DNA of 64,000 nucleotides from Planctomycetota bacterium (GTDB lineage Bacteria > Planctomycetota > PLA2 > JAEUHO01), in contig JBFWRP010000006.1 in assembly GCA_050248855.1 (NCBI GenBank), forward strand, positions 1 through 64,000, written 5' to 3'. Every line of letters starts with the position of its first letter. Position 1 is the first letter of the stretch. This document shows, in pieces, positions 29,105-39,417 of the stretch. Under the pieces are notes generated by a model. It was not told the DNA's origin, did not search any database, and saw nothing but the letters and a program-made list of their open reading frames with translations. Made by a program: the position numbers and the translations under genes.

Positions 29105-30715
29105 CTACTTGTCGAGCAGATCGCGCGGGACCGGCTTGAGGTCGGCCTCGCGACGCGGCGCGCCGAGCGGCACGCCGTCGCGGTCGTAGAGCGCGCGGCT
29201 CGCCGCCGAGAGGGCACGGCGCTCGCGCGCGGGCAGGGCCAGCGCGGCGCTGCCGGGCAGCAGCACGCCCTGGTCCACGGCGAAGGCCACGGCCCGCTGC
29301 ATGGCGGCCGGGTCGGCGCCCAGGCGCGCCCCCTCGAGCACGCGACCGGCCAGCATGGCCCGGTGCCAACCGCCGATCGCCGCCTCGAGATGCGCATCCG
29401 TACGCGTGCGGCGGATCGCAATGGACTCGGTGACCGTCTCGAGCACGGTGCCCGTGCGATCGACGATCTCGACCTCGTACTCGAGCGTCTTGGGCGCCTG
29501 CGGGTCGAGCCGGACGGTGACGGGGCGTGCCAAGTCGGTCGCGCCGAACCAGCGCGGCGCCATGCGGTCGACGCCGCCGCTCAGCGGACGCAGACGCAGG
29601 GTGAGGTCGGGGCGCAAGGTGAAGCCCTTGCGGGTGAGGTACGCCGCGGGGTCGAAGCGCCAGATCGCGATTCGCTTGTCGAGGCCGCCACCGGGCACAG
29701 CCGTCGCCACCTGCATCTCCTGCGTGTTCGAGGAGCGGAAGCCGATCTCGGGGCGCTCGCCGATCGGGCGGCCCTCGCCGCTGCGGATCACGAGCAGGCC
29801 GTCTTGGCCCTTCTCGACCTCCATGCCCGAGGGCACGGTGGCCAAGACGAGCTGACCGGGGTGCATGTCCCACTGGGCGGAGGCCAGGATGCCGCCTTCC
29901 CAGGGACGCGGGTGCTCGCTGCCGTCGTCGGTGTCGCGCACGCGCTCGCCAGCGCCGGGATCCCCCTCCAGCACGTCGACGAAGCGGCGCTCTTCACCTT
30001 GGCCTCGCAGCGGACTGACGAAGGTGAGCACCACGTCGACGGTCTCGCCCGGGGCGATGGGCCACACGACGACCGAGAGCTCGGTGCGGCGCGGACGCTC
30101 GAGGCGCAGCGGGTCGCGGTTGATCGTGGGCCGTGGCGTGCGCGGACGACGCGGCGTACGCGCCTCGTCGTAGATCCGGCGCGCGTCGGCCAGCGTCAGC
30201 GTGCGCGCGATGATGGGTGCCGCATCGTTGCGCCGCAGCACGGCGCCGACCACCTCGGCGGCAGGGTCGATGCGGTACGCGCGACGCCACTCCAGCGTCT
30301 GCGGGCTGATGTTGCGGATGGAGAGCGTGAGGTCCACGCGCGCCAGGTCGGCCACGAAGTGCACTTCGCCGCGTCGGGCGTGGACGATGGCCGGGGGCCC
30401 GGAGGGCGCGGACGGCTCGTCGGCATCGCTGCCTTCACGGCGCAGGCCACGCGGCGTGGGCGCGGACGGGCCACCCGAGGCGGCCTCGGGCTGGGTGGGG
30501 CCCAGGTGCTCGCGACGTGCTTCGCGATCGAAGCCGCCTCCGAGGCCACCTCCCGCAGAGGGAGGAGCGCCCCCCGGCAGTCCGCGATCGGCGCGGCCGC
30601 CGGGATCGGGCTGCGGGGCGCCGCCGCCACCGATTCGCCCTCCTGCCCCGCGGGCCAGCGCGGGAGAGGCCAACAGGCCGACCAGGACGAGCGAGAGAAG
30701 GTGGCGTACGGGCAT
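29105..30715 (-). CDS. Exported protein with VIT (vault/inter-alpha-trypsin)-like domain
   Basis: Signal peptide MPVRHLLSLVLVGLLASPALA; ARVDLTLSIRN....LEW, ARRIYDE...RDP..LE, V.PIAPGETVDVVLTF. Confidence 0.72.
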   Translation of the reverse strand: MPVRHLLSLVLVGLLASPALARGAGGRIGGGGAPQPDPGGRADRGLPGGAPPSAGGGLGGGFDREARREHLGPTQPEAASGGPSAPTPRGLRREGSDADEPSAPSGPPAIVHARRGEVHFVADLARVDLTLSIRNISPQTLEWRRAYRIDPAAEVVGAVLRRNDAAPIIARTLTLADARRIYDEARTPRRPRTPRPTINRDPLRLERPRRTELSVVVWPIAPGETVDVVLTFVSPLRGQGEERRFVDVLEGDPGAGERVRDTDDGSEHPRPWEGGILASAQWDMHPGQLVLATVPSGMEVEKGQDGLLVIRSGEGRPIGERPEIGFRSSNTQEMQVATAVPGGGLDKRIAIWRFDPAAYLTRKGFTLRPDLTLRLRPLSGGVDRMAPRWFGATDLARPVTVRLDPQAPKTLEYEVEIVDRTGTVLETVTESIAIRRTRTDAHLEAAIGGWHRAMLAGRVLEGARLGADPAAMQRAVAFAVDQGVLLPGSAALALPARERRALSAASRALYDRDGVPLGAPRREADLKPVPRDLLDK

Positions 30716-30879
30716 CGGGGCTCCCTTCGCGTACTGGGCTTCGCGGTCGGTGCGGGGGTCGGGCGGCGACCGCCCCTCCCCTGTGCCAACGCACGGGAGG
30801 GGCCGCCGGGCGCGACCAATTGGTTGGACGCCGCTCCCCCGTGACCGGTCCAACGTACCGCGAGCGGGAGGCCCGGCGT

Positions 30880-31854
30880 TCAGCGCCCGCGCCAGCGCCT
30901 CTCCACGGCGCGTCGCGAGACCGTCGCCCGGCGCCCCAGACGATGCCGTGCGGCGAGGCCCGCGCCGAGCGCGCCCAGCCAGCGGCGGAGGCCGGCACTG
31001 CGCTCGCGGCGCGTCAGCTGGACCAGCTCGCCCCCTGTTCGCCGCAGGGTCGTGAGAAGCATCCACGCGGAGGCGTTGCGCAGCAGGCAGCGCAGGCGGT
31101 TGCGCATGCACTGCCGGAGCACGAAGTCGTCTCCGTGGCGTCGGCTGCTCGCCTGGAAGGCGTGGCGCGCGACCGCTTCGGGCACGTACCGCGACTGCCA
31201 GCCGCGTCGGCGCAGACGCCACGCCAAGTCCACGTCTTCGAAGTACAGGAAGAACGCGGGATCGAACACACGGCCCCGGTCGCGCACGTCGTCCAGCGCG
31301 GCGCGGCGGTAGAGGGCGGCACCGGCCGTGACGCCGAAGACGTCCGGGCCGCCCCGCGCTTCCGCACGGGGACGATGGACGTCCCGATCCAGCCCACCGC
31401 CCGATGCCAGCAGGCGGATCCCGGTCGAGTTGACGACGTCGGTGCCCGCCCGATCGAAGAGCAGCAGGGGCTGCAGCGCAGCCACGTCCTGGTCGGCCGT
31501 CCGGGCCGCTTCGCGCAAGCGAGCCAGGGCCCCCTGCTCGAGCCAGGCGTCGTTGTTCAGCGTGAGGATCCAAGGTGACGTGCTGGCGTCGATGCCCGCG
31601 TTGGCGCCGCCCGCAAAGCCCTCGTTCGTGGGTCGCACGACCACGCGGACGTGTGGCGCTGCGGCGGCCAGCGCGTCCGTCGTGCCGTCGGTGGAGCCGT
31701 TGTCCACGACCACGAGCTCGTCACCGGGCTCCAGGTGTTCGCGCAGCCGCTCGACACAGGCAAGCGTCAGCGCACGTGCTTCCCAGCTGACCACCACCAC
31801 GGCCACGGCGGGTCCCCCGTCGTGGGCTTCCCCGCGCGGAGCGGGATCGGTCAG
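30880..31854 (-). CDS. Glycosyltransferase family 2
   Basis: VVVVSW, VVVDNGSTDGT, NEGFAGGANAGI, LNND, FFLYFEDVDL; start uncertain. Confidence 0.9.
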   Translation of the reverse strand: MTDPAPRGEAHDGGPAVAVVVVSWEARALTLACVERLREHLEPGDELVVVDNGSTDGTTDALAAAAPHVRVVVRPTNEGFAGGANAGIDASTSPWILTLNNDAWLEQGALARLREAARTADQDVAALQPLLLFDRAGTDVVNSTGIRLLASGGGLDRDVHRPRAEARGGPDVFGVTAGAALYRRAALDDVRDRGRVFDPAFFLYFEDVDLAWRLRRRGWQSRYVPEAVARHAFQASSRRHGDDFVLRQCMRNRLRCLLRNASAWMLLTTLRRTGGELVQLTRRERSAGLRRWLGALGAGLAARHRLGRRATVSRRAVERRWRGR

Positions 31855-32735
31855 CGCTGCTCCAGGTACTGCACGGCGCGGCGGAACGGCAGACGGCCGT
31901 CGGGTACGCCCGGCGCCTCGCCGCGGTGGAAGCGCGGGTCCTGCCACGGCAGCTGGTTGCGCTCGGGATGCGGCATCAGGCCCAGGACGCGCCCCGTGGG
32001 GTCGGTGATGCCGGCGACATCGTCCTCGGCGCCGTTCGGGTTCCAGGGGAACGGGGCCGGGTGCGCCCCGTCCGGCGCGACGTAGCGCAGCGCGACGAGA
32101 TCGCGATCCACCATCGCCTGGCGGACGGCGGGGTCGCGTGTGACGAAGCGCCCTTCCGCGTGCGCGACGGGTACGTGCAACCGATCGCCGGGCCGCACGA
32201 ACACGCAGTGCTTGGACGTGGCTTCGAGCGTCACCCAGCGATCCTCGTAGCGGTTCTGCGCGTTGGACGCCAGGGCGACCAAGCGGTCTTCCCCGCTCTC
32301 GTCATCCCAGCCGGGCAAGAGCCCCGTGCGCACGAGGACCTGGAAGCCGTTGCAGATGCCGAGCACGATGCCGCCGCGGTCCACGAGACGCTTGAGGGGC
32401 TCGCCCAGCTTGGTGCGCAGCATCGTGCCGAGCACCGCGCCGGCGCCGAGGTCGTCGCCGTAGGAGAAGCCGCCGGGCAGCACGAGGCCATCGACACCCT
32501 CCAGCTGCCGCGGAGAGGCGAGCAACGCGTTCACATGCACGGCCGTCGTCGTGGCGCCGGCCTGCTCGAAGGCGTAGGCCGTCTCGCGGTCGCAGTTGGT
32601 GCCGGGTGCGCGAAGCACGAGCACATGGGGCGTGCGCTTGCCGCGTCCGGTCCGCTTCGGGGCCGGCTTGGTGCGCGGCTTGGAGCGGGCCTTCTTCGGC
32701 TGGGTGGCCGTCGCGGTCTTGGGCTTGGCGCTCAT
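31851..32735 (-). CDS. purQ: FGAM synthase glutaminase subunit
   Basis: PGTNCDRET, LPGGFSYGD, GICNGFQVL, AHAEG, GLMPHPER. Confidence 0.96.
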   Translation of the reverse strand: MSAKPKTATATQPKKARSKPRTKPAPKRTGRGKRTPHVLVLRAPGTNCDRETAYAFEQAGATTTAVHVNALLASPRQLEGVDGLVLPGGFSYGDDLGAGAVLGTMLRTKLGEPLKRLVDRGGIVLGICNGFQVLVRTGLLPGWDDESGEDRLVALASNAQNRYEDRWVTLEATSKHCVFVRPGDRLHVPVAHAEGRFVTRDPAVRQAMVDRDLVALRYVAPDGAHPAPFPWNPNGAEDDVAGITDPTGRVLGLMPHPERNQLPWQDPRFHRGEAPGVPDGRLPFRRAVQYLEQR

Positions 32736-35716
32736 CGCTTGCCTCCGCGGCGTCCCGAGCGGCCGCCTGCCTGCTTCGCCTCGTCCGTCGGCAAAGCTTC
32801 GCGCCACGCATGCCGCAGCTTCCCGGCGTCGAGCTCGATCCGGGTCGTCGTGCCCCCGTCGCTTGTGCGACCGGTCACGACGAGCGAGGCCGACTTGGTG
32901 ACCTTGCCGACCCGGGCCGCCGCGATGCCGGCGCGCTTCAACGCCGCCAGGGCCTCGCTCGCGTGCGCGGGCGAGACCTCGAGCAGGAAGCGCGTGGCGC
33001 TCTCGGAGAACAGGCGTACGTCGTCGTCGGCCGCAGGGCCGGGCACCTTGGCGAGTTCGAGCGTGGCGCCGAGGTCGGAGCCGATCACCATCTCCGCGGC
33101 CGCGACGGCCAGGCCGCCCTCGGCGAGGTCGTGCGCCGCGCGCACGTAGCCCTGGCGGATCAACCGGGCCACCGTCGCGAGCGCGCGCGGGGCGCCGGGC
33201 CGGACGATCGGCACGTTCTGGCCCAGCTCGCCGCGCAAGCGGTACCAGTGCGAGCCGCCCAGCTCGTCGTGCGTGGCACCGACGAGCAACAGCGCGTCGC
33301 CGGCGCGCTTGAGGTCGCTCGTGACGGTGCGGCGCACGTCACCGATCACGCCGATGGCGCTGACGAGCAGCGTGGGCGGCACCACGATCAGGCGACCGTC
33401 GTCCGTACGGAACTCGTTGTTGAGCGAGTCCTTGCCCGAGATGAACGGCGTGCGGTAGAGCAGCGCGGCGTCGCGGCAGCCTTCCGCCGCGCGCACCAGC
33501 GCGCCCAGCGTCTCCGGTCGACTGCAGCGGCCCCAGGTGAAGTTGTCGAGCACGGCGATGCGCTTGGGTTCCGCGCCCACGGCGACCGCGTTGCGCAGCG
33601 CCTCGTCGACGGCCAGCATGGCCATCTGGTAGGGATCCAGGCGCCCGTAGGCGGGGTTGATGCCATTGGCCAGTACGAGCCCCTTGCGGGAGCCGAGCAC
33701 CGGCGCGATCACGGCGGCGTCGGCCGGGCCGTGGTGGGGGCCCGTGAAGGCGCGCACGACGGCGCCCGCCTGCACCTCGTGGTCGTACTGGCGAACCACC
33801 CACTCCTTGCTGCCGATCTGCGGCATGCCCAGCAGCTGGAGCACGTCCTTGTCGTAGCGCGTCTTCGCCCGACGGCGCGGCTCGCGCGTGGTGGGGGGCA
33901 CGTAGGAGGCTGCGCGCTCGGGCCGCGGCAAGCCGTCGTGCAGGAACTCCATCTCCAGGTCCGCCAGCTGCGTGGCGCCGTGCTTGACCACCAAGCGGCG
34001 GTCGTCGGTGAAGTGGCCGAGCACCACGGCCTCGACGTCCTCCGAGGCGCAGAGCGCGAGGAACGCCTCCACGTGCTGGGGCGGCACGGCGGCGACCATG
34101 CGCTCCTGCGCCTCGCTGATCCAGATCTCGTAGGGCAGGAGACCGGGGTACTTGAGCGGCGCGGCGGCCAGATCCACCTCGGCGCCCGTGGCTTCGCCCA
34201 TCTCGCCGACGGCGCTCGAGAACCCGCCGGCGCCGCAGTCGGTGACGGCGGTGAACCAGCCCGCGTCGCGGCCCTGCAGCAGCACGTCGAGCACCTTCTT
34301 CTCCGTGATCGGGTCGCCGATCTGGACGGCACCCGAGGAGACGGTCTCGCTCTCGCTGGTCAGCTCGACGCTGGAGAAGGTGGCGCCGTGGATGCCGTCG
34401 CGGCCGGTCCGACCGCCGAACGCCACGATGGCGTCACCGGGTCGTGCGGCCTTTTCCACGTAGGCCTTGGGCAGGAGGCCGACGCAGCCTGCGTACACGA
34501 CGGGGTTGCCCACGTAGTCGGGGTCGAAGCAGATCGCCCCGTTCACGGTGGGGATGCCCATGCGGTTGCCGTAGTCGCGCACGCCCGCGACCACGCCCTT
34601 GAGCAGGCGTGCCGGATGCAAGCAGCCGCGCGGCACGTCCTCCTCGGGCGTGCGCGGGTCGCCGAAGCAGAAGACGTCCGTGTTGGCCACGGGGCGCGCA
34701 CCCAGGCCCGTGCCCAGGATGTCGCGGATGACGCCGCCGATGCCCGTGCCGGCCCCGCCGTACGGCTCGATGGCGCTCGGGTGGTTGTGCGTCTCCACCT
34801 TCATGCAGGCGCCGAGGTCCCCGTCGAACTCGATGACGCCCGCGTTGTCCTTGAACACCGACCAGCACCACGCCTTGTCCAGGCGTCGCGTGGCATCGAA
34901 GATCGTCTCCTTGAGCAGGTTGCGGTAGACGCGCTCGCCCTCGCCGTCGCGCATGCGCACCGCGCCGGCCAGCGTCTTGTGCTTGCAGTGCTCGCTCCAC
35001 GTCTGGGCCAGGGTCTCGAGCTCGACGTCGGTGGGCTCGCGGCGCAGCATGCGGAAGTGCGCCTGGATCGTCTGCATCTCCTCGAGCGAGAGCGACAGGC
35101 CCATCTCGCCGGAGAGCCGTTCGAGCGCGGCATCGTCCACGCGGCGCAGCTTGATCGTGCGGCGGCGAACGGGCGCGCGCTGGGGCGACGGAAACGCGTG
35201 CGTCGTCGGCCGGCCCGCGACCACGTCCTCGATCACGTCGTTGCCCAGCGCCCGGCGGGCGGCGGCCACGACCTGCGCGTCGGAGGCGGTTGTCGTGACG
35301 AGGAAGGTCCGCGACGCGTGGACCTCGGCGACGTCGATGCCCAGCGCATGCAGCGCCACGCGCGCGCTCTCCGCTTCCGGCTGCGTCACGCCCGGTCGAC
35401 GGGCGATGGTGACCTCGACGCGCCGTGCGCCGCCTGCAGACGGGATGTCCAGCGCCGTGTCGATCGCGAACACGTCGAGCACGGGGTTGGACAGCACGCC
35501 GCGGGCCGCGCGCTCGAGCGTGGATGCGTCGTGGGCGCCGGGGAGGAACCACGACCTGAGGACGCGCACGTCCGTGACGCCGGCAAGACCCACGCCCCCC
35601 AGGGCCAGCGCGGCTTCGTGGCCGGCGGGGTCCAACTCGCCGGGACGCACGGCGATCTCGATGCGGTGGACGGCGGCAGGTGGGCGCCGACGGGCGGCCG
35701 GAGAGCGCGAGGCCAT
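32732..35716 (-). CDS. purL: FGAM synthase PurL with two N-terminal PurS-like domains
   Basis: TWSEHCKHK, KVETHNHPSAIEPYGGAGTG, DCGAGG, SEAQERM, ISGKDSLN; N-terminal RPGELDP and RPGVTQPE PurS-like repeats. Confidence 0.95.
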   Translation of the reverse strand: MASRSPAARRRPPAAVHRIEIAVRPGELDPAGHEAALALGGVGLAGVTDVRVLRSWFLPGAHDASTLERAARGVLSNPVLDVFAIDTALDIPSAGGARRVEVTIARRPGVTQPEAESARVALHALGIDVAEVHASRTFLVTTTASDAQVVAAARRALGNDVIEDVVAGRPTTHAFPSPQRAPVRRRTIKLRRVDDAALERLSGEMGLSLSLEEMQTIQAHFRMLRREPTDVELETLAQTWSEHCKHKTLAGAVRMRDGEGERVYRNLLKETIFDATRRLDKAWCWSVFKDNAGVIEFDGDLGACMKVETHNHPSAIEPYGGAGTGIGGVIRDILGTGLGARPVANTDVFCFGDPRTPEEDVPRGCLHPARLLKGVVAGVRDYGNRMGIPTVNGAICFDPDYVGNPVVYAGCVGLLPKAYVEKAARPGDAIVAFGGRTGRDGIHGATFSSVELTSESETVSSGAVQIGDPITEKKVLDVLLQGRDAGWFTAVTDCGAGGFSSAVGEMGEATGAEVDLAAAPLKYPGLLPYEIWISEAQERMVAAVPPQHVEAFLALCASEDVEAVVLGHFTDDRRLVVKHGATQLADLEMEFLHDGLPRPERAASYVPPTTREPRRRAKTRYDKDVLQLLGMPQIGSKEWVVRQYDHEVQAGAVVRAFTGPHHGPADAAVIAPVLGSRKGLVLANGINPAYGRLDPYQMAMLAVDEALRNAVAVGAEPKRIAVLDNFTWGRCSRPETLGALVRAAEGCRDAALLYRTPFISGKDSLNNEFRTDDGRLIVVPPTLLVSAIGVIGDVRRTVTSDLKRAGDALLLVGATHDELGGSHWYRLRGELGQNVPIVRPGAPRALATVARLIRQGYVRAAHDLAEGGLAVAAAEMVIGSDLGATLELAKVPGPAADDDVRLFSESATRFLLEVSPAHASEALAALKRAGIAAARVGKVTKSASLVVTGRTSDGGTTTRIELDAGKLRHAWREALPTDEAKQAGGRSGRRGGKR

Positions 35717-36099
35717 GGGGAGCTCCGGGGGACCAGGGCCTCGCGCACGGGCGCGGCCACCGGGGCGGCCCATGGTGCCCTGGCCCCCTCCCGGCGCCTG
35801 GGTTCCGGGCTTCATCGCGCGATGAGGCGTGCTTATCCGCGGCCGCGGCGGCGCCGGCCCGGGCCCCTGGGCCCCCCGGGCAGGAGAGGCCGCCCGGCCG
35901 CTCCCGCGGGGTACACTCGCCCGCCGGGGCGCGGACGCGCTCCTTCCCGGCGACGCATGGGCACGGTTCGGGTGGACGGGGTCCGCCGACACCGTCGGTT
36001 CTTCCACGGCAGGACGTTTCTTGAAGGGACGGGCCCGGCGGGCCCGCGCGCGATCCCCACGGTGGGGGCGCGGCGGGTCGGACCAGGCCCCCTGACGGG

Positions 36100-37116
36100 A
36101 TGGGCAGCATGACGAAAGTCCGTTCCGATGAGGTCGATCGGGAGAAGCGCCGCGAGCTGGCGGCGGCCTTGCCCTTCGAGCGCCCCATCCTCGAGCTCGA
36201 GCGACGCATCGAAGAGCTCAAGGTCCTGCCCGACGTCTCCCTCAACGGCGAGCTCAAGCCGCTGGAGCAGAAGCGGGACCGCCTCCTGGACGAGGTGTTC
36301 GGTCGCCTGACGCCCTGGGACGTGGTGCAGGTGGCCCGCCACCCGCAGCGCCCGCAGTTCTCCGACTACATGCGCGGCATGTGCCAAGACATCGTCCCGC
36401 TCTACGGCGACCGGCTGTTCGGCGAGGACAAGGCCATCATGACGGCCCTGGCCACGCTGGGCTCGCACCGCATCCTGCTCGTCGGGCACCGCAAGGGCCA
36501 GGAGACCCAGGAGCGCCTGGCCTGCAACTTCGGCTGTGCGCACCCCGAGGGCTACCGCAAGGCCCTGGCCAAGATGCGCCTCGCCGAGCGCTTCGGCCTG
36601 CCCATCGTCACGCTCATCAACACGCCCGGCGCCTACCCCGGCGTCGCGGCCGAGGAACGTGGCCAGGCCTGGGCCATCGCCGAGAACATCCTCGAGATGT
36701 CGCGCTTGAAGGTGCCCACGATCTGCGTGGTCATCGGCGAGGGTGGCAGCGGCGGGGCGTTGGGCATCGGCGTGGGCGACCGCGTGCTGATGCTGCGCTA
36801 CGCCTACTACTCGGTGATCTCGCCCGAGGGCTGCGCCGCCATCCTCTGGAAGGACGGCGCGCGCGCGGCCGACGCGGCCAAGGCGCTGCGGCTCACCAGC
36901 CAGGACCTGCATCGGCTCAAGATCGTGGACGAGATCGTCCCCGAGCCGCGCGGGGCCGCGCACCGCGATCCGGCCACGATGATCGCCACGATGAAGGAAA
37001 CGCTGCTTCGTCATCTGGACGAGCTGGTGGCGATGGACCCGGACGAGCGCATGGCGGCTCGCTACGACCGGCTCCGCCGCCTGGGCAACGACGTGGAGCC
37101 CCTGCCGCCGGCGTGA
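36100..37116 (+). CDS. accA: Acetyl-CoA carboxylase carboxyltransferase alpha subunit
   Basis: ARHPQRP, PEGYRKA, TPGAYPG..AEERGQ, GEGGSGGAL, YSVISPEGCAAILW. Confidence 0.96.
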   Translation: MGSMTKVRSDEVDREKRRELAAALPFERPILELERRIEELKVLPDVSLNGELKPLEQKRDRLLDEVFGRLTPWDVVQVARHPQRPQFSDYMRGMCQDIVPLYGDRLFGEDKAIMTALATLGSHRILLVGHRKGQETQERLACNFGCAHPEGYRKALAKMRLAERFGLPIVTLINTPGAYPGVAAEERGQAWAIAENILEMSRLKVPTICVVIGEGGSGGALGIGVGDRVLMLRYAYYSVISPEGCAAILWKDGARAADAAKALRLTSQDLHRLKIVDEIVPEPRGAAHRDPATMIATMKETLLRHLDELVAMDPDERMAARYDRLRRLGNDVEPLPPA

Positions 37117-37125
37117 GGTAGCCCC

Positions 37126-37869
37126 GTGGTCCGACTCGCTCCCGTGGCTCGTCACCGCTGGTTGGTCGTGGCAGGCGTGTTCGCGCTCGTAGCGGCGGGC
37201 GTGCGTCCCCTCCGGGCCGACGATCCCCCCGCACCCTCGGCCCCCGCCCCGGCACCGCCCGCCGAGGCCCCCGCGTCCCCCGAGGTCTGGCGCGTGGAGC
37301 GCGACGGCGCCGTGATGGAGCTCCCCGTCGGCAACCTGTCGGAGCCCGTGCGCGAGGTGCTTCGCATGCGGTTGACGCAGCAGGGCTGGAAGCTTCTCGG
37401 CCCCGACACGCCGGCTCCGCCGAGCCCCCCGCCCACGGCGGTGCCCCCGACTCCGTCGGTGATCCGCGTGCCCACGCCGCGCGACCCGATCCCCGCCGAG
37501 CCCCCGAGCACGCTTCCTCCTCGAAAGCCTGCTCCGCTGCGCTTTGCCGGGGCCGCGCTCCTCTCGCCCGAGGGCGACGGCGCCGGTTGGCAGGTCGGCA
37601 GCGTCCCCACGACCAGCCTCGCCTACGCGCTCGGCTTGCGCTTTGGCGACCGCCTGCTCGCCGTGAACGGCGCGGCCACCCGCGATGCCCTGGTGGCTGG
37701 GGTCTCGGGCCTTCGGCGTGGCAGCCAACTCACGCTTCTCGTGGCGCGTAGGGAGGGCGGTGTCGACACGATCGAGGTCGAGCCGCTCGCTCCGTCCGCC
37801 TCCGAGCCGCGGGCCCGACGCCGGGCCCGGGCGCCGCGCGAGGCCGACCCTCAGGAGAGTTCCCGATGA
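37126..37869 (+). CDS. Exported Pro-rich protein with C-terminal PDZ domain
   Basis: Signal peptide; VGSVPTTSLAYALGLRFGDRLLAVNG. Confidence 0.75.
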   Translation: MVRLAPVARHRWLVVAGVFALVAAGVRPLRADDPPAPSAPAPAPPAEAPASPEVWRVERDGAVMELPVGNLSEPVREVLRMRLTQQGWKLLGPDTPAPPSPPPTAVPPTPSVIRVPTPRDPIPAEPPSTLPPRKPAPLRFAGAALLSPEGDGAGWQVGSVPTTSLAYALGLRFGDRLLAVNGAATRDALVAGVSGLRRGSQLTLLVARREGGVDTIEVEPLAPSASEPRARRRARAPREADPQESSR

Positions 37870-39329
37870 ACACATCCCACCGCTTGCCGCTGGCGGCGCT
37901 CGCCCTGCTCGCGCTCGCCGGCACCACGTGGTTCGGCGTGGCCCGGGCCGACGACCCGGCGCCTGCGGCCGATGCCGCCACGATCGACGGCCTGATCGCC
38001 AAGCTGGGAGCACCGGGCTTCGACGAGCGCGCCGCCGCGAGCCGCGAGCTCGAGCGCCTCGGCCGCGCGGCCGAGCCGGCGCTGCGCAGGGCGCTCGACG
38101 CCAGCAAGGACCCGGAGGTCCGCTGGCGCCTGGAGCAGCTGCTGCTGCGGCTGGAGGGCACGGGCACCCGCGCGCTGGACGGTAGCCGCCCCGACGCGAA
38201 GAAGCCGCGCCCCGACGTGCGGCCCGGCCAGCCCGTACCGGACGGCAACGCCCCCGGTGCGAACGACGATCCGCTCGCGCCGCGAGGCGACGAGGACCTC
38301 GGCTCCGACATGGACCGCATCGAGCGGATCATGCGCGACCTCGAGGAGCGCATGACCCGGCGTCTGCGTGGATGGCAGGACCTGGGTGGGCAGGAGCCGT
38401 CCGCGCCGCGTGGCTCGCCCTTCGGGCCGGGCCTCGGTGGATGGCCTCGCCTGGATCCGTTCGGCGGCCTCGGCGCCCGCACGATCGAGGTCCCGGGCCT
38501 CACGCTGTCCACGGACGGCATGGGCCCCGTGACCCTACGCATCCAGCGCGAGGACGGCCCCGTGGCCGACCGCAACCTCACCTACCGCGGCTGGAGCCTC
38601 GAGGACATCCTCGCGGAGCACCCCGAGCTCGAGAAGGTCCCGCACATGGACGAGCTCAAGGCCAAGGTCGCCGCCGAGCCCATGGGTCCGCACGCCATGC
38701 TGCGTCGCCTCATGCGCCCCGATGGCTCCGGCTCGATGGGCTTCGGCATCGAGTTCGGCAAGGGCCTTGGCGGCTCGGGCCTGGGCACCACGATCATCCA
38801 GGACGGTCGCGGCGTGAAGGTCGTCGTGCGCCGCCAGAACGAGAACGGCGAGATCGAGGAGAAGACCTACGAGGGCACCGACCTCGAGGCCTTGAAGGCC
38901 GCGCATCCCGAGCTGGCCGAAGCGCTGGGCGGCATGCGCTTCGAGATCCGCGGGCCCCGCTTCTTCTGGGGCGACCGCGACGGCGGGCCGCGCGAGGGCC
39001 TCGAGCCGCTGCGCCGCGATCCGCCCGTGACCGCGCCCTCGACGCCTGCGCCGGCTTCGTTCGGCGTCATCGTGGGCCCGCTCGGCGAGGGCCTCGCCAC
39101 GCAGCTGCGCTTGGCCGAGGGCGTCGGTGCGCTGGTGCACGAAGTCGTCCCGGGCTCGCCCGCCGCCGCGCTCGGCGTCAAGCGCTACGACGTGATCGTC
39201 GCCGTCGACGGCCAGACCCTGCACGGTCCCGGCGACGCCCCGACGCTCCTGGCCCCCAAGGCCGATCCCTCGCTCCCCCTCGAGCTCCTCATCGTCCGCG
39301 GCGGCGAGCAGATCACGCTGAAGCGCTGA
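37866..39329 (+). CDS. Exported protein with HEAT-like N-terminal segment and C-terminal PDZ domain
   Basis: Signal peptide; LIAKLGAPGFDERAAA...DPEVRWR; GALVHEVVPGSPAAALGVKRYDVIVAVDG. Confidence 0.8.
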   Translation: MNTSHRLPLAALALLALAGTTWFGVARADDPAPAADAATIDGLIAKLGAPGFDERAAASRELERLGRAAEPALRRALDASKDPEVRWRLEQLLLRLEGTGTRALDGSRPDAKKPRPDVRPGQPVPDGNAPGANDDPLAPRGDEDLGSDMDRIERIMRDLEERMTRRLRGWQDLGGQEPSAPRGSPFGPGLGGWPRLDPFGGLGARTIEVPGLTLSTDGMGPVTLRIQREDGPVADRNLTYRGWSLEDILAEHPELEKVPHMDELKAKVAAEPMGPHAMLRRLMRPDGSGSMGFGIEFGKGLGGSGLGTTIIQDGRGVKVVVRRQNENGEIEEKTYEGTDLEALKAAHPELAEALGGMRFEIRGPRFFWGDRDGGPREGLEPLRRDPPVTAPSTPAPASFGVIVGPLGEGLATQLRLAEGVGALVHEVVPGSPAAALGVKRYDVIVAVDGQTLHGPGDAPTLLAPKADPSLPLELLIVRGGEQITLKR

Positions 39330-39417
39330 CGGATCTCCGTCGGGCGCCACGGGTGTCGGATCCCGTGCCGCGGGCATTCATCCGTGGTGCGTGGCTCGGG
39401 TTGTATCGTGGAACCGC

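Noticed and set aside
35717..36099. Purine or ZTP riboswitch upstream of purL
   Set aside because: GC-rich hairpins are present but no recognisable consensus on the minus strand; needs Infernal
32606..36112. Long antisense or alternate-frame ORFs (this one, and e.g. 1577-3793, 51798-54647, 59597-62224)
   Set aside because: Shadow ORFs of real genes, expected in high-GC DNA
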